NCBI RefSeq assembly: GCF_006345805.1
Contig: NC_043008.1
Location: forward strand, 14,446,001-14,510,000
DNA from: Octopus sinensis
Taxonomy: Eukaryota
DNA: 64,000 bases
Direction of reading: 5' to 3'
This document shows, one piece after another, positions 51,071 through 63,976 of the stretch. The stretch's first letter is position 1, and each line of letters starts with the position of its first letter. The notes beneath the pieces were generated by a model. The model had not been told where the DNA came from. It made no database searches and was given only the letters and a program-made list of their open reading frames with translations. A program made the position numbers and the translations under genes.

Positions 51071-51127
<57 letters not shown>

Positions 51128-51128
<1 letters not shown>

Positions 51129-51356
51129 AGGCGCATGGCTCAGTGGTTACAGCGTCGAGCTTACGATCGTGAGGTTGTGAGTTCGAATGCGTGTTGTGTT
51201 CTTGAGCAAGACTCTTTATTTCACGCTGTTCCAGTTCACTCAGCTGTAGAAATGAGTTGCGACATCACAGGTGCCAAGCTGTATCTGCTGTTGCCTTTCC
51301 CTTGGATAACACTGGTGGCGTGGAGAGGCCGGTATGCATGGGCGACTGCTGGTTTT

Positions 51357-51360
<4 letters not shown>
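51128..51360 (+). mobile_element. tRNA-derived SINE (S4-type head, different tail)
   Basis: GGCGCATGGCTCAGTGGTT…GTGAGTTCGAAT…CTTGAGCAAGAC. Confidence 0.7.
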
Positions 51361-51399
<39 letters not shown>

Positions 51400-51667
51400 T
51401 ATATATGTAGCGCAGATTTCAACACGAAGGGTTGGGGCTCTCTATCATGGTAACGCGTGTTGAGGAAGGTGAGGCTGTAATGCCAGTCAAGAAACCGGTC
51501 CACGTGAGTCCAAATCCTTGAATATATGCTGAGAGATTGTCTTGGCTCGTTTGCCTTCTGACGGTTGATTTCTGTAGTTATTATCAGTGTATTTTGGCGA
51601 TTTAAATAAGAATTATGACTGTTATTTCCAGCAGTGTGTCCTTTGATTAGTTTTATATATATATATA

Positions 51668-51887
51668 CTCTTTTACTCTTTTACTTGTTTCAGTCATTTG
51701 ACTGTGGCCATGATGGAGCACCACCTTTAGTCGAGCCAATCGACCCCAGGTCTTATTCTTTGTAAGCCTAGTACTTATTCTATCGGTCTCTTTTGCCGAA
51801 CCGCTAGGTTACGGGGGACGTAAACACACCAGCATCGGTTGTGAAGCGATGTTGGGGGGACAAATACAGACACACAAACACACACAC

Positions 51888-51951
<64 letters not shown>

Positions 51952-52120
51952 ATATATACGAAGGGCTTCTTTCAGTTTCCATCTACCAAATCCACTCACA
52001 AGGCTTTGGTCGGCCCGAGGCTATAGTAGAAGACACTTGCCCAAGGTGCCAAGAAGATACTTGCCCAGTGGGACTGAACCCGGAACCATGTGGTTAGTAA
52101 GCAAGCTACTTACCACACAG
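51668..52120 (-). mobile_element. Full composite SINE S3
   Basis: Both modules and the (TA)(TG)n linker are present. Confidence 0.88.
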
Positions 52121-53271
52121 CTACATACATACATGCATACATGCATACATGCATACATGCATACATACATACATACATACATACATACATAAAGGCGCAA
52201 GCACTGCTTGAAATAAGAGTCAAAATACCATTTAGTCACGAGCAAGCATTTATCTAATGACTGACAAGGGAGGCAAATTCCCTACAGCAAGCGAGAGATT
52301 AATCTTCATCAATGGCATTTACTCCGTTGCCGAGGGTTAAACCGAACTCGCCTTGTCAGTTTATAAAAAATACCATTGGAATTTGTAACTGATTCCATAA
52401 AAAGATAAAGTGAAAATTATAAATTATTCAGATGGCTAGTCGCAATTTAGAAACCAAAAAGCACAAAGTACAACCGTCACTAAAGTGACTGAGTGTGCTA
52501 GTCAGTACCAGTATTACATTATTACTGGTATTTATTTTATCGACCTCGAAAAAATGAAAAGCAAAGACGGCCATGACGGAATTTGAACTCAGGACGTAAG
52601 GGGGTCGCATGAAATACTGCTATGCTTCATTCTGTTTCCACCGACGGGCAGACGACTCCGACACCTCGCGAAAATATAAATAATATATCTTTTGCTGACT
52701 AAGATTGTTGTTCGTCTATTTTGGCAGCGAGCTTTCTAAGTGCTAAGTGGGGGGGGGGGTTTACGTCATTTTACAGTCTCCATCGTGTATTTTAATTAAT
52801 CAGCGAATGTTGGAAATGTGTTGCACGTAGTTTCTGATAAAATTTTTTTTTTTTTTTTACTCGCTCCAGTGTATGCATAATGTGTTTACATTTTCCAGTG
52901 TAAAGATGTGTTGTGCACGATGCTCTTTCGTGGTACTGATAAGAGAGGTGATGATGGAATTAACAGGCTTTGCTCGTGTCAAACGGAACGACATTATTTT
53001 CGTAGAAGTTCAAAAGAGGAAGACATCCCTTGAGAGCGACGTAAATGCTTCCAGTAGATTCGACTTTACGGAGGCGTACTGATTGTCACCATTCTGAGAA
53101 TTCAGCTTACAAACTTAAAAGATGTATTCAACTGCTTTTATCACTTTTGGTAGGTTGGAAGCGAGTGCGATTGGCAGATTGATCTTTTCCCAGAATATGT
53201 GACCTTATATTCAAAGTTAGAATATACTATTATTAACATTTCTTGTAAGGTGTTAAGGTGTAGGTGTTAAG

Positions 53272-53668
53272 GCGGCGAGCTGGCAGAAACGTTAGCACGC
53301 CGGGCGAAATGCTTAGCGGTATTTCGTCTGCCGTTACGTTCTGGGTTCAAATTCCGCCGAGGTCGACTTTCGGGGTCGATGAATTAAGTACCTGTTACGC
53401 ACTGGGGTCGATATAATCGACTTAATACCTATGTCTGTCCTTGTTTGTCCTCTCTATGTTTAACCCCTTGTGGGTAATAAAGAAATAGGTATTTCGTCTG
53501 CCGTTACGTTCTGGTTTCAAATTCCGCCGAGGTCGATTTGCCTTTCATCCTTTCGGGGTCGATAAATTAAGTACCAGTTACGCACTGGGGTCGATATAAT
53601 CGACTTGATCTTTTTGACAGTCCTTGTTTGTCCTCTCTGTGTTTATCCCCTTGTAAGTAGTAAAAAAA
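53272..53668 (+). mobile_element. S1 SINE with two core-tailA units
   Basis: Junction AAAGAAATA|GGTATT at 53488. GTTAAGGTGTAG flanks both sides. Confidence 0.87.
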
Positions 53669-53694
53669 AATGGTTAAGGTGTAGATATCTGTGT

Positions 53695-53995
53695 ACGTGG
53701 AAGCGCAATGGCACAGTGGTTAGGACAGCGGACTCACAGTCGGAGGATCACGGTTTCGATTCCCAGACCGGGCGTTGTGTGTGTTTACTGAGCGAAAACA
53801 TCTAAAGCTCCACAAGGCTCCGGCAGGGAGTGCTGGCGACCCCTGTTGTACTCTTTCGCCACAACTTTCTCTCACTCTCTCTTCCTGTTTCTTGAGTAAC
53901 GCTGCGATGGACTGGCGTCCCGTCCTGCTGGGGTAAAACATATACGCCACGGAAACCGGGCCGATGAGCCTGGCTAGGCTTGAAAAGGGCACATA
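53695..53995 (+). mobile_element. SINE S2 with V-domain-like tail
   Basis: GCTGCGATGGACTGGCGTCCCGTCC resembles the V-SINE central domain. Confidence 0.85.
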
Positions 53996-54014
53996 AAAAA
54001 ATAATAAAGGTGTT

Positions 54015-54830
54015 AAGGTGGCGGGAGGCAGAATCGTTAGCCAGCCGGGCAACATACTTAGCGGCATTTCGTCCCTCTTTACGTTCTGAGTTCAAATTCC
54101 ACCGAGATCAACTTTACCTTTTATTCTTTCAGGATCGATAAAATAATTACCTGTTGAACACTAGAGTCGATATAATCGACTAACCCCTCCCACCGAACTT
54201 ATTGGCCTTGCGCCAAAATTAGAAACCAATATTTCTCCTAGGGCGCCGAGCTGGCAGAATCGTTAGCACGCCGGGCGAAATGCTTAGCGGTATTTCGTCT
54301 GCGTTACGTTGTGAGTTCGAATTCCGCCGAGGTCGACTTTGCCTTTCATCCTTTCGGGGTCGATAAAAATTAAGTACCAGTTACGCACTGGGGTCGATGT
54401 AATCGACTTAATCCGTTTGTCAGTCCTTGTTTGTCTCCTCTGTATTTAGCCCCTTGTGAGTAGTAAATAAATAGGTATTTCGTTTGCCGCTACACTCTGG
54501 GTTCAAATTCTGCCGAGGTCGACTTTGCCTTTCATCCTTTCGGGGTCGATTAAATAAATACCAGTTACACACTGGGGTCGATATAATCGACTTAATTCGT
54601 TTGTCTGTCCTTGTTTGTCCCGTCTGTGTTTAGCCCCTTGTGGGTAGTAAAAGAAATAGGTATTTCGTCTGTCTTTACGTTCTGAGTTCAAATTCCACTG
54701 AGGTCGACTTTGCCTTTCATCCTTTCGGGACCGATAAAATAAGTACCAGTTGTATACTTGCTCGATGTAATCGACTTAGATCTTTCCCCGAAATTGCTGG
54801 CTTTGTGCCAATATTTGAAACTAATATTTT
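54015..54830 (+). mobile_element. S1 (tail B) copy followed by an S1 array head-[core-tailA]x2-core-tailB
   Basis: Junctions GGTATT at 54474 and 54659. Confidence 0.87.
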
Positions 54831-54914
54831 TGCTTGCAGTCTAGAGTCGACCGAAAAATATCATTTCCAAGACTTTCTTTGCACTTTAGAACAGAGCAGT
54901 GGGTAGCGATTTTC

Positions 54915-55350
54915 TTCACTACTACAGGGAGTGACGACCCTGCCTGACACGAGTCTCGGGCTCAGCTGGCTCGGGCTGACAGTACCCGGTATGGGCCCCT
55001 ATCCAGGGTTACGGAAATGAGACAACCTTCAAAGAAATCCGGAGTGGAACCCCGAAGGTGGTTTAGTGTTCGACTCGACACTTTTCCGGCAGCTCCTGCA
55101 ACCAAGCTGGTGCCAAACGCAATGCTCTGCACTCCTTTGGACTACGTCAGCAAGGTCGAGAGAGGAATCCTGACGATTGGGCTACCCGGAATTTTTTTAT
55201 ATGTAACCCAGACCTGCGCAAAACTAGAGCGGAAACTGGAGTGGACATGAAATGTAAAACCAGACTGGATTCGTTTATTCGCAACTCCATTGTCTCCCGA
55301 GACAAAAGGATGCCAACAACAAGATCAGAGTAACTAACCCTGGACAGAGC
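54915..55350 (+). mobile_element. Possible degenerate RTE 5' region
   Basis: GC-rich, with GGAGTGGAACCCCGAAGG and a weak resemblance to the start of an AP endonuclease (ILTIG…CAKLERKLE). Confidence 0.3.
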
Positions 55351-55354
55351 TCTT

Positions 55355-55458
55355 CTTGGCATTGTTGTACTTTTATTGCACTTGGCATTGTCGCACTTTT
55401 ATTGCACTTGGCATTGTCGCACTTTTATTGCACTTGGCGTTGTTGCACTTTTATACAA
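55355..55458. repeat. 26-bp tandem repeat, 4 copies (CTTGGCATTGTCGCACTTTTATTGCA)
   Basis: Units read directly from the sequence. Confidence 0.9.
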
Positions 55459-55702
55459 CACAGTTTTCTTTTCTGTATCAACGGATATATTTATATTTCT
55501 ACAACCGCTTTCATGCTCTGTAAGTACCTTGCTCACTTCACTTTTAATTTCATCATTTCTCCAGCAAAAACAACCAATAACAATTAGTACAATCTTTACG
55601 TTGTATCCTCTTGTCCTGTGCGCAATATTTCAAGAACTATTAACCTCTCTTTTCTTGGTTTCTCACTTTGTTCTTCTTGTGTGCATGTATATATTTTCAC
55701 TG

Positions 55703-56100
55703 CGTGGAGGCGCAATGGCCCAGTGGTTAGGGCAGCGGACTCGCGGTCATAGGATCGCGGTTTCGATTCCCAGACCGGGCGTTGTGAGTGTTTATTGAGC
55801 GAAAATACCTAAAAGCTCCATGAGGCTCCGGCAGGGGATGGTGGTGATCCCTGCTGTACTCTTTCACCACAACTTTCTTTCACTCTTACTTCCTGTTTCT
55901 GTTGTACCTGTATTTCAAAGGGGCCGGCCTTGTCACTCTCTGTGTCACCACGCTGAATATCCCCCGAGAACTACGTTAAGGGTACACGTGTCTGTGGAGT
56001 GCTCAGCCACTTACACGTTAATTTCACGAGCAGGCTGTTCCGTTGATTCGGATCATCCGGAACCCTCATCGTCGCAACCGACGGAGTGCTTCCAATCCCA
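55703..56100 (+). mobile_element. Full-length SINE S2 (long tail)
   Basis: Near-identical to 1851-2238. TSD ATTTTCACTG / ATTTTTACTG. Confidence 0.9.
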
Positions 56101-56372
56101 ATTTTTACTGTAAAAGAACATTATCATAAATAATATATTTTTGGTCGGTATTTTCTCTTATTATCTCTATCCTTCAGGCAATGACGCATTTATGCATAAA
56201 ATATTCAAACTTCCAACTCATTTTATTCAATCTGCTCTTCGTATCCCATCTGGTTTTATATCGCGCTAAAATCTTTTTTCCGGCCGATCCTTGATTTGCT
56301 AACGGTGCTTATAGAAACCATTAATGTATTTGTAAGATCGTTTCACATAATCATTCCCTGCAAATGTTTTAC

Positions 56373-56841
56373 GAAAGAGTCCAGAAGCTGGCTACCCACA
56401 TGGTTCATGGTCTCAAAAATTTGTCCTACGAAGAAAGGCTGAGGACGCTCGACCTTTATTCTCTTGAAAAACGCCGCCGCCGTGGTGATCTCATTCTTGC
56501 CCACAGCATCATAAGCGGAAAGTGTAACCTCTCGAAAGAGCTGTTCTTCACTCCTGCTCCAGAGCGTCGGCTGCAGGGTCATTCCGAAAAGCTCTACCTG
56601 CGACGATTTCATCTAAATCGAAGGAGAGGAGCTTTCTCCGTCCGGGTTGCGGATCCGTGGAACAAGCTGCCAGACGAGATGGTGAAGATGCCGACGACCG
56701 CTTTGTTCAAAGCCTCCCTGGACCTCAAGTGGCCTGAACTCTTTACATGAACACCACCCTGTACTTAACTCCATGTCCCCCTACATGGCCTTGCTATTTG
56801 CTTTTGAGCCAAATTAACTAACTAACTAACTAACTAACTAA
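56373..56841 (+). mobile_element. 5'-truncated CR1-clade LINE 3' end with intact ORF2 C-terminus and (AACT)n tail
   Basis: ERVQKLAT…LSYEERLRTLDLYSLEKRRRRGDLI…RGAFSVRVADPWNKLP. ~53-bp direct repeats at 56319-56372 and 56842-56894. Confidence 0.93.
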
Positions 56842-57132
56842 CATTAATGTATTGTAAGATCGTTTCACATAATCATTCCCTGCAAATGTTTTACTTCCAG
56901 ACATCAGATAGTAAACTTCCTCGTTCCTATTTACACAAATTTTGATGTCACTCTCTACTTCCCGCTTAAATTATACTCTCTACTTTTCGTTTTTTTTTTG
57001 TTCCAACATATTAAAACTGAAACACGTGTTACAAGAATCCAGAAACAGCTTAACCATTCATTGCTCTTATTCTTTTCCTTTTTTTAAATCTCAGTTGTTA
57101 AAGACCTTTATTCCATACAGTTATCTTTATAC

Positions 57133-57249
57133 TGGTTGTATACTGTCAATCTAACAAGAACGTGACAGTAGGGGGTACACCACCGCTGTATAGCCCTAGT
57201 GGTGTACCCCCTACTGTCACGTTCTTGTTAGATTGACAGTATACAACCA
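57133..57249. repeat. Perfect inverted repeat: 51-bp arms, 15-nt loop
   Basis: TGGTTGTATACTGTCAATCTAACAAGAACGTGACAGTAGGGGGTACACCAC (57133-57183) and its exact reverse complement (57199-57249). Confidence 0.95.
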
Positions 57250-57670
57250 TTCTATCGCCCCAACACCGTACATGTCTCTACGAGAGATTTAGAAATTCAA
57301 TATTTCTTATCTTTATACTACTTAAATTCAAAATTCCGCTGAGTTCTTTGTCTACCTTCTCTTTTTTTGTTAACATCTCTCCGATTTCCATTCAACGTTT
57401 CCTACATTAATTCTGGTTTCTCCGTCATCGAATTTCACCTTTTCTTCGACATTAAACATTCTATAATCTGCTTCTCTTTAAATAAAACAATATCCTTTCT
57501 TCCCATCTTTCTTGCATGCAGTATTTATATGCCATGTAACGTGTCACTCTAACTTTTGTTTCATTGTCTACATCTTTCATATTCCTGACACCTGTGCTTC
57601 AGTTTTTCCTTGTCAGGAATAATCTTGCATTATTCGCTTGTCTGCCAACTGTTGCTACTATTGCTGTTGC

Positions 57671-57702
<32 letters not shown>

Positions 57703-58396
57703 TTCTTGTTCTTGTTCTTGTTCTTGTTCTTGTTCTTCTTCTTCTCTTCTTCTTCTTCTTCTTCTTGATGTTGTTACTTTTCCTGATCCGTATTACTATT
57801 TCGTTCTTCTTCTCCTCTTTCTTCCTGAGCTCTACCACAATCATCATCATCATCATCATCATTTTCTTCTTCGTCTCCTCTCTCTCTCTCTCTCTCTCTC
57901 CTTAATTTTGCTTGTCCTTCTTTCTTCTTCCTCTCTTCCTTTTTTTCATCACAATCCTCCCATCCCTCTCCCATCCCTCTCCCTCCATCCTCTCCACATG
58001 TTCTTCATCTGTCTTACAATGATTGACGCCATAAACGATCGAATAAAAGACTTTAGCCTTTCCCCCAAACTCCCAACAGCACTCATCACCCCCTACACCA
58101 CCACCACCACCACCCTCTGTCCCACCGTCCTCACTGCAGTGGCAGAAGGAAGAGAGGAAGAGAGGAAGGTTGTATACAGCTGATTTATATTTCTCTTTAT
58201 CCTGTTACAATACGAACTACAGAAACTGGAAAAGAGAAGAAATAGTCTTTTCATCGCTTAGTGTGGGAGTGGGGGAAAAGGCAATGCCATAACGCATCAT
58301 GGGATCTCTGATATTGGTGGGAAGAATTGAAGGGGGAAAGGCATCCTGGAGCAGACACGTGACCGGAATGCTTACACCGGAGTGGACTCTACTGAC

Positions 58397-58692
58397 TGGC
58401 ACTCCATCGGTTACGACGATGAGGGTTCCTGTTGATACGAACAATGGAACAGCCTGCTCGTGAAATTAACGTGCAAGTGGCTGAGTACTCCACAGACACG
58501 TGTGCCATTAACGTAGTTCTCAGAGAGATTCAGCCTGACACAGAACGTGACAAAGGTGGCACTTTGAATTACAGATACAGCTCATCTTTACCCGCTGATA
58601 GAACTGGAGCAACGTGAAATAAAGTGTGTTGCTAGAGGGCACAATGCGTCGCTGGGAATCGAACTCACGACCTTACGACTGTGAGCCAAAAA
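58397..58692 (-). mobile_element. SINE S4 (CORE-like head plus long tail)
   Basis: GCACTCCATCGGTTACGACGATGAGGG…GGAATCGAACTCACGACC. Confidence 0.75.
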
Positions 58693-59035
58693 GCTTGGCC
58701 AAGATGCTACGTAGTTTAGTTAGACTGAACCCGGAACCATGTGGTTCGTAAGCAAGCTACTTACCACACAACCACTCCTACGCCTATTTAATATTTCTTT
58801 AATTTAGAGTTTGTTGACCATGGCGACCACCACTCCTTGTTCAGAATAAATCAGTAATCCGGAAAGGCTTTGGAACCATAAGTTCCGGAGGATCGATGTT
58901 GTACCTGTATCTCAAAAGACAACGGATTAACACTTGATAAGTTCCTCTCCATAACACAAGCCTGGGCAACAACGATATTCTTTTAGAAAACCAGTATTGG
59001 CCATGCATTCTCTTGATGTTTACTTAATGTGTGTA

Positions 59036-59550
59036 CAGTAAATCCTCGAGTATAGTCCGACCTTGAGTATAATACGCAGGGGATATTTAGGGAGCTGTAC
59101 TTATGAAAAACCTAAACCTTGTGTATAATACGCACCCCTTCTCTAACTTGAGTTGTGCGTAATTAAGCCAGCAGCACCTAGTCGAACAAACACTTCCACG
59201 CATGCGTAATACAATAATTGTGATGTTCTTAACTGTTATATGGGAATGTAAATATGTTTGCAAATTGTTTTTGTTACATGTTATTCTGTGTTCTAAATAC
59301 TTTTGTTTTAATAAATGTTGCTTACTACAAGTTATGGATGATTCTTTTATGACTTCATTGCTTTCAGACTTAGCTTAAGGTATTTCCGCACCCGACATCA
59401 CAAAATGCGTCTGCATAAACATTGCCAGACAGCAAATAGAGACTCGGACATTGCTTAGAAAATAATTTTTATTTTTAACCTCGTACGCACTAGGGATTTT
59501 GACCTTTAAATTTTGGAAAAAAAATGCGGATTATACTCGAGGATTTACTG
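59036..59550. mobile_element. pogo/Tigger-like non-autonomous DNA transposon
   Basis: TIR CAGTAAATCCTCGAGTATAGTCCG / CGGATTATACTCGAGGATTTACTG with a TA TSD on both sides. Confidence 0.88.
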
Positions 59551-60354
59551 TATATATTAATAGTAATGGTGGACTCTTTTGTCGTTCGCCGCAGCTAAGG
59601 GTCTTGCAGTTTCTTGTTGAATAACCTGCATACATGCTTTGATTTGTTTATAGTGATCCATTGTCTGTGCTGTACATTAGTTAACTTCCTTCATTAAAAA
59701 TCTACATTGCCTATACAGGTGCACAGTGTACCAAACATCAGCTGTCGAAGCGATCGCAGAGCAACATAAAATAAACAGTTTTTGCTCTAGAACACAACAC
59801 ACTACCAAATCAAGGAACCGAAACCACGACCTTACGATCATAAGTGCAACGCCTTAACCACTGGTTCAAACGCCTTCACTTTGTAACCTACCGTACTAAT
59901 AAACGACATCTGCTTTTGATCGGTATTTTTTCAAATTAAAACTGTCCTTCAGGCAAAGATGCATTTACGCATAATGCGCTTTTTTTTTTTACCCCCCATC
60001 TGGTTTTATATCTCACTGAAATTTTTTCCAGCCAATCCTTGCTTTGCTCAGCGCTGATAAAAACCATTAATGTATTGTTATATCATTTCATATAATCATT
60101 CCCTACAAATGTTTTAATGCCAGACATCGCATAATAAACTCCCTCACTTTTATTCACACAAATTTGATGTCCCTTTCTGCTTCTCGTTTAACTTCTTCTA
60201 CGCCCTAATTTATCTTTCACCATTTTTAATGAAGAAATACATTTTCTGGAGCTTAATTACAGGTTATCTATCCATGGCTGTTTTTTGTTCGTTCATTAGG
60301 TTGTTCTAATCAAAGCTGTTAAACATCTTCACTATACTGTATTATCTTTTATAC

Positions 60355-60567
60355 TCTTTTACTCTTTTACTTGTTTCAGTCATTTGACTTTGGCCATGCT
60401 GGAGCACCGCCTTTAGTCGAGCTAATCGACCCCCAGGACTTATTCTTTGTAAACCTACTACTTATTCTATCAATCTCTTTTTGCCGAACCGCTAAGTTAC
60501 GGAGGCTCAAACACATCAACATCGGTTGTCAAGTGATGTTGGGGGGACAAAAACTGACACACAAACA

Positions 60568-60629
<62 letters not shown>

Positions 60630-60737
60630 TCACCGTCATCACCAGGCTATCAGATGTTGCTACACATCGCTAGTCACAATGCGCTTCGCATTGTTTTAGC
60701 CTTCAAATGACGCCACCCCGCTGGCTAAGCGAGATGG

Positions 60738-60789
<52 letters not shown>

Positions 60790-61385
60790 TACGACGGGTT
60801 TCTTTCAGTTTCCGTCTGCCAAATTCACTCACAAGGCTTTGGCCGGCCCGAGGCTATAGTAGAAGACACTTGCCCAAGGTGCCACGCAGTGGAACTGAAC
60901 CCGGAACCATGTGGTTGGTAAGCAAGCTACCTACCACACAGACACTCCTACGCCTATACTGCTTAAGTTTAAAATTTTAGTGAGCTTTTTGAGGCCTCCT
61001 TTTTCGACCCCACATTCTATCTAATTTTTTTCCAGGCATGGCTTTCTGGTTAAGAAGCTCATTATGCAACAACTTGCTTTCGGGTTCAATTCCCGTTTGC
61101 GACACCTTGGGCAAGTATCTTCTCCATAGCCATGGGCCAGCCAATATCTTGTGAGTGAATTTGGCAGACGGAAACTGAAAGAAACTCATCGTGTGTGCCT
61201 GTGTGTGTTCCCCGCACCGCTTGATTTTGCTTACGTAATTTGCTTCGTAATTTCGCGGTTTCGATAAAAGTGACCGATAGAATAAACACCATAAATAAGA
61301 AAATACGTACGAGGGTGGTGATTAATTAGACTAAACCCTTCACAGCGGTGCCCCAGCATGACCGCAGTTCAGTGACTAAACCATG
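60355..61385 (-). mobile_element. Cluster of S3 SINE modules (one split by other repeats, one degenerate copy)
   Basis: S3 right module at 60355-60575, left module at 60790-60955 and a degenerate copy at 60975-61385. Confidence 0.8.
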
Positions 61386-61976
61386 TAGAAGATAAACGAT
61401 AAAAAAAGAAATACTATTTTCCAATCTAGCTTTGTTTTGTGTTCCGTGGTGTAGTGTGAAGCAGCTTCTCCTTCTTATTGTAAGCGCACAGGAAATCTAC
61501 TAGAAAGTGTTGTGTTGGTTTGGCCAATGTGAGTTTTGGAATGATATACTTTACGATTTTCCCATTGACAATCGAAATACTAAATCACGTTATCAATCTC
61601 TCATAAAACAGAACATAAAATACGCCACACTGAACCATAAATTAACAGTAATAATACACTTGATATACTACAAAAACATAAAAATTAGAAACTTTCTTAT
61701 CAAACAAAAGAAACACCAGAATGTAGATTCGTGAACAAACTATAAATTACCGATATGATTATAAATTCGACTGTCTGCATGGAAGTTGTATACTCTCCCT
61801 TTGAAATGTTATTGGGGCACCATCCTCTAAAGCAATATTTACAACAATGTTTTTATAAAACTTTCCCAGAATGCTAATAGGAGGTGTAGCATAAACTTTC
61901 TGTATAACAATATCATTAGTTCAGATCTGGATAAGCCTGATAAAAGATAAAAGCTTGTTTTTTCTTCTCAGTAGTG

Positions 61977-62008
<32 letters not shown>

Positions 62009-62416
62009 TGTATGTATGTATGTATGTTTGTTTGTATATATGTGTGTTTGTGTGTGTCCGTGAGAGAGAGCGTGTGTGCGCGTGTGTGTGTATACTTTAT
62101 TTGTGAGTTAACAAGGCAATCAATGGTTTCATTAGAAGTGATCTTCACAATTATTCAAGCATGCTACGTGGAAGTGTTGGTACAGGTCTCCATTTTGGAG
62201 GAGAATACTGATATTAACGTTTACATATATATATATGTGTGTGTGCGTGTGTGTGTGTCTGTATATATATTATATATATATACTTATATATTGATCATTC
62301 ATTTTATACCTTTTGAGATCTAGTTATATGTTTTATAAAAATATATATTAGTTATTTACGTTTTGGTTTATGTCTATCACTGTTTGAGTTGCATAATAGT
62401 GGTTTTATCTCTAATT

Positions 62417-62466
<50 letters not shown>

Positions 62467-63384
62467 CTTGCCCGCCTCGCCAGCGGGGTGGCATCATTCG
62501 ATACAACAACAATGTGGGGAAGTGCACTATGATAAGTGGTGCATAACAACACCCGACAACCTAGTCACAATCGGTATGTGTATACATGTGCATGATTGTA
62601 TGTAAATGTGGAATCAGTGTATGTATGTTCATTCCTGCAAGCCTAAAGTGTGTATATCTGTGTGAGTGTTTGTATGTAAATGTATGTCTGTAATGGATGA
62701 ATGTATGTTTGAACTTTGAATGTGTGTCTGTGTTGTTGACTGGCTTGTATGTTATTATATCACTGTGTGTATATACATGCATGCGTCTGCCATGTATGCG
62801 CATGGGCGTGAGTACAGGCGAATGTGAATAGCTTATTTGATTTAAGGATGGCGTTATTAAAGGAAAGGGGATTATAAATTGAGTCCATGAGGGCAAAAGT
62901 TTGAAGATAAAACATAAATTACGGTTCACTACGGAGATGAAAACCTTGTAACTACATATTCTATCGTGATTCACAGAGATTCTTCTCTGGTTCACTGAAT
63001 TACCATACCAGATAATGTGTTTGAGTGAGTGAATGAATGGGGAGGGAAGAGGGAGGAGGAAGGGAAGGGGAGAGGTTGAGTGAGTAAATGAGGGAGGGAA
63101 GAAGGGAGATAGTGAATGAGTGAGGAATTTAGTGAGGGAGAGAGCAAGTGTGAGAGGAAAGGAAGGACGAAATAACAGAAGATGGAAGGAGGGTGTGAGT
63201 GAGTGAGTGTTGCGCAAAACTTCATTGTTTTTAATTCTTGACTTATCTATAATCATAGATAACCAGTGGCGCAGTCGTGGCGCAGTGTGGTAAGAAGCTT
63301 GCTTCCCAACCACATGATTCTGGGTTCAGTCCCACTGCGTGGCACCTTAGTCAAGTGTCTTCTACTATAGCCTCGGGCAGTATA

Positions 63385-63976
63385 TAGTGATTGGACGATA
63401 AGCGTAAGCCAGTGTCAACGGTAGTTCCAGAAATTCCAAGCCGGAAACTACAGCTCAGAAGATGAGCCTCGTCCAGGAAGATCTGTAGAGCTCGAGGAGG
63501 ACGACCTGGTGGGGTTGTAACTGTTAACCATTCATCGACACCTGCGCTAGAAGAAAATCGACCATCTTTGGTTTCAAGACGAAAGGTGTTCTTCCATCAG
63601 GATTATTTATGTTCGGCCAAATACAGTGAGGACGACATTCCAAAGGCTGAAGCAGTTTGAATGGTAAACAATACCTCACCCACCATATTCGCCAGACATT
63701 GCCCCATCTGATTATCATTTATTCCGCAGTTTTCAAAATCATTTCGATTGAAAAAATATGAATTCTGTAGACGAGGTCAGAACAGTACTGGAGGAGTGTT
63801 TTCGTCATGGACAAGAGAATTTTGGAAGAGGGGCCTTGCAAGTCTACTAGATAAATGGAGGAGCATTGTAGAAGATGAAGGAGTGTACATTTTAGATTTA
63901 AAAAGAACTTTGTTTATCTTAATTTTGAAAAATAAAGGAAGTATTAAAAAAACGCATTATTTATGGGATGACCCAA
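63385..63976 (+). mobile_element. Internally deleted mariner (HTH fragment fused to catalytic C-terminus, right TIR)
   Basis: TISVSQCQR*FQKFQAGNYSSEDEPRPGRSVEL joined to RKVFFHQD…PHPPYSPDIAPSDYH…LDKWRSIVEDEGVYILD*. It ends GGGATGACCCAA|TA. Confidence 0.9.

Noticed and set aside
54915-55010. HDV-like ribozyme expected at RTE 5' ends (also 33370-33450)
   Set aside because: The nested double pseudoknot (P1, P1.1, P3/L3, catalytic C) could not be identified by eye.
62561-63313. 250-aa minus-strand ORF
   Set aside because: It is stitched from an S3 SINE head, GA-rich low complexity and (CA)-rich sequence, with no recognisable domain.
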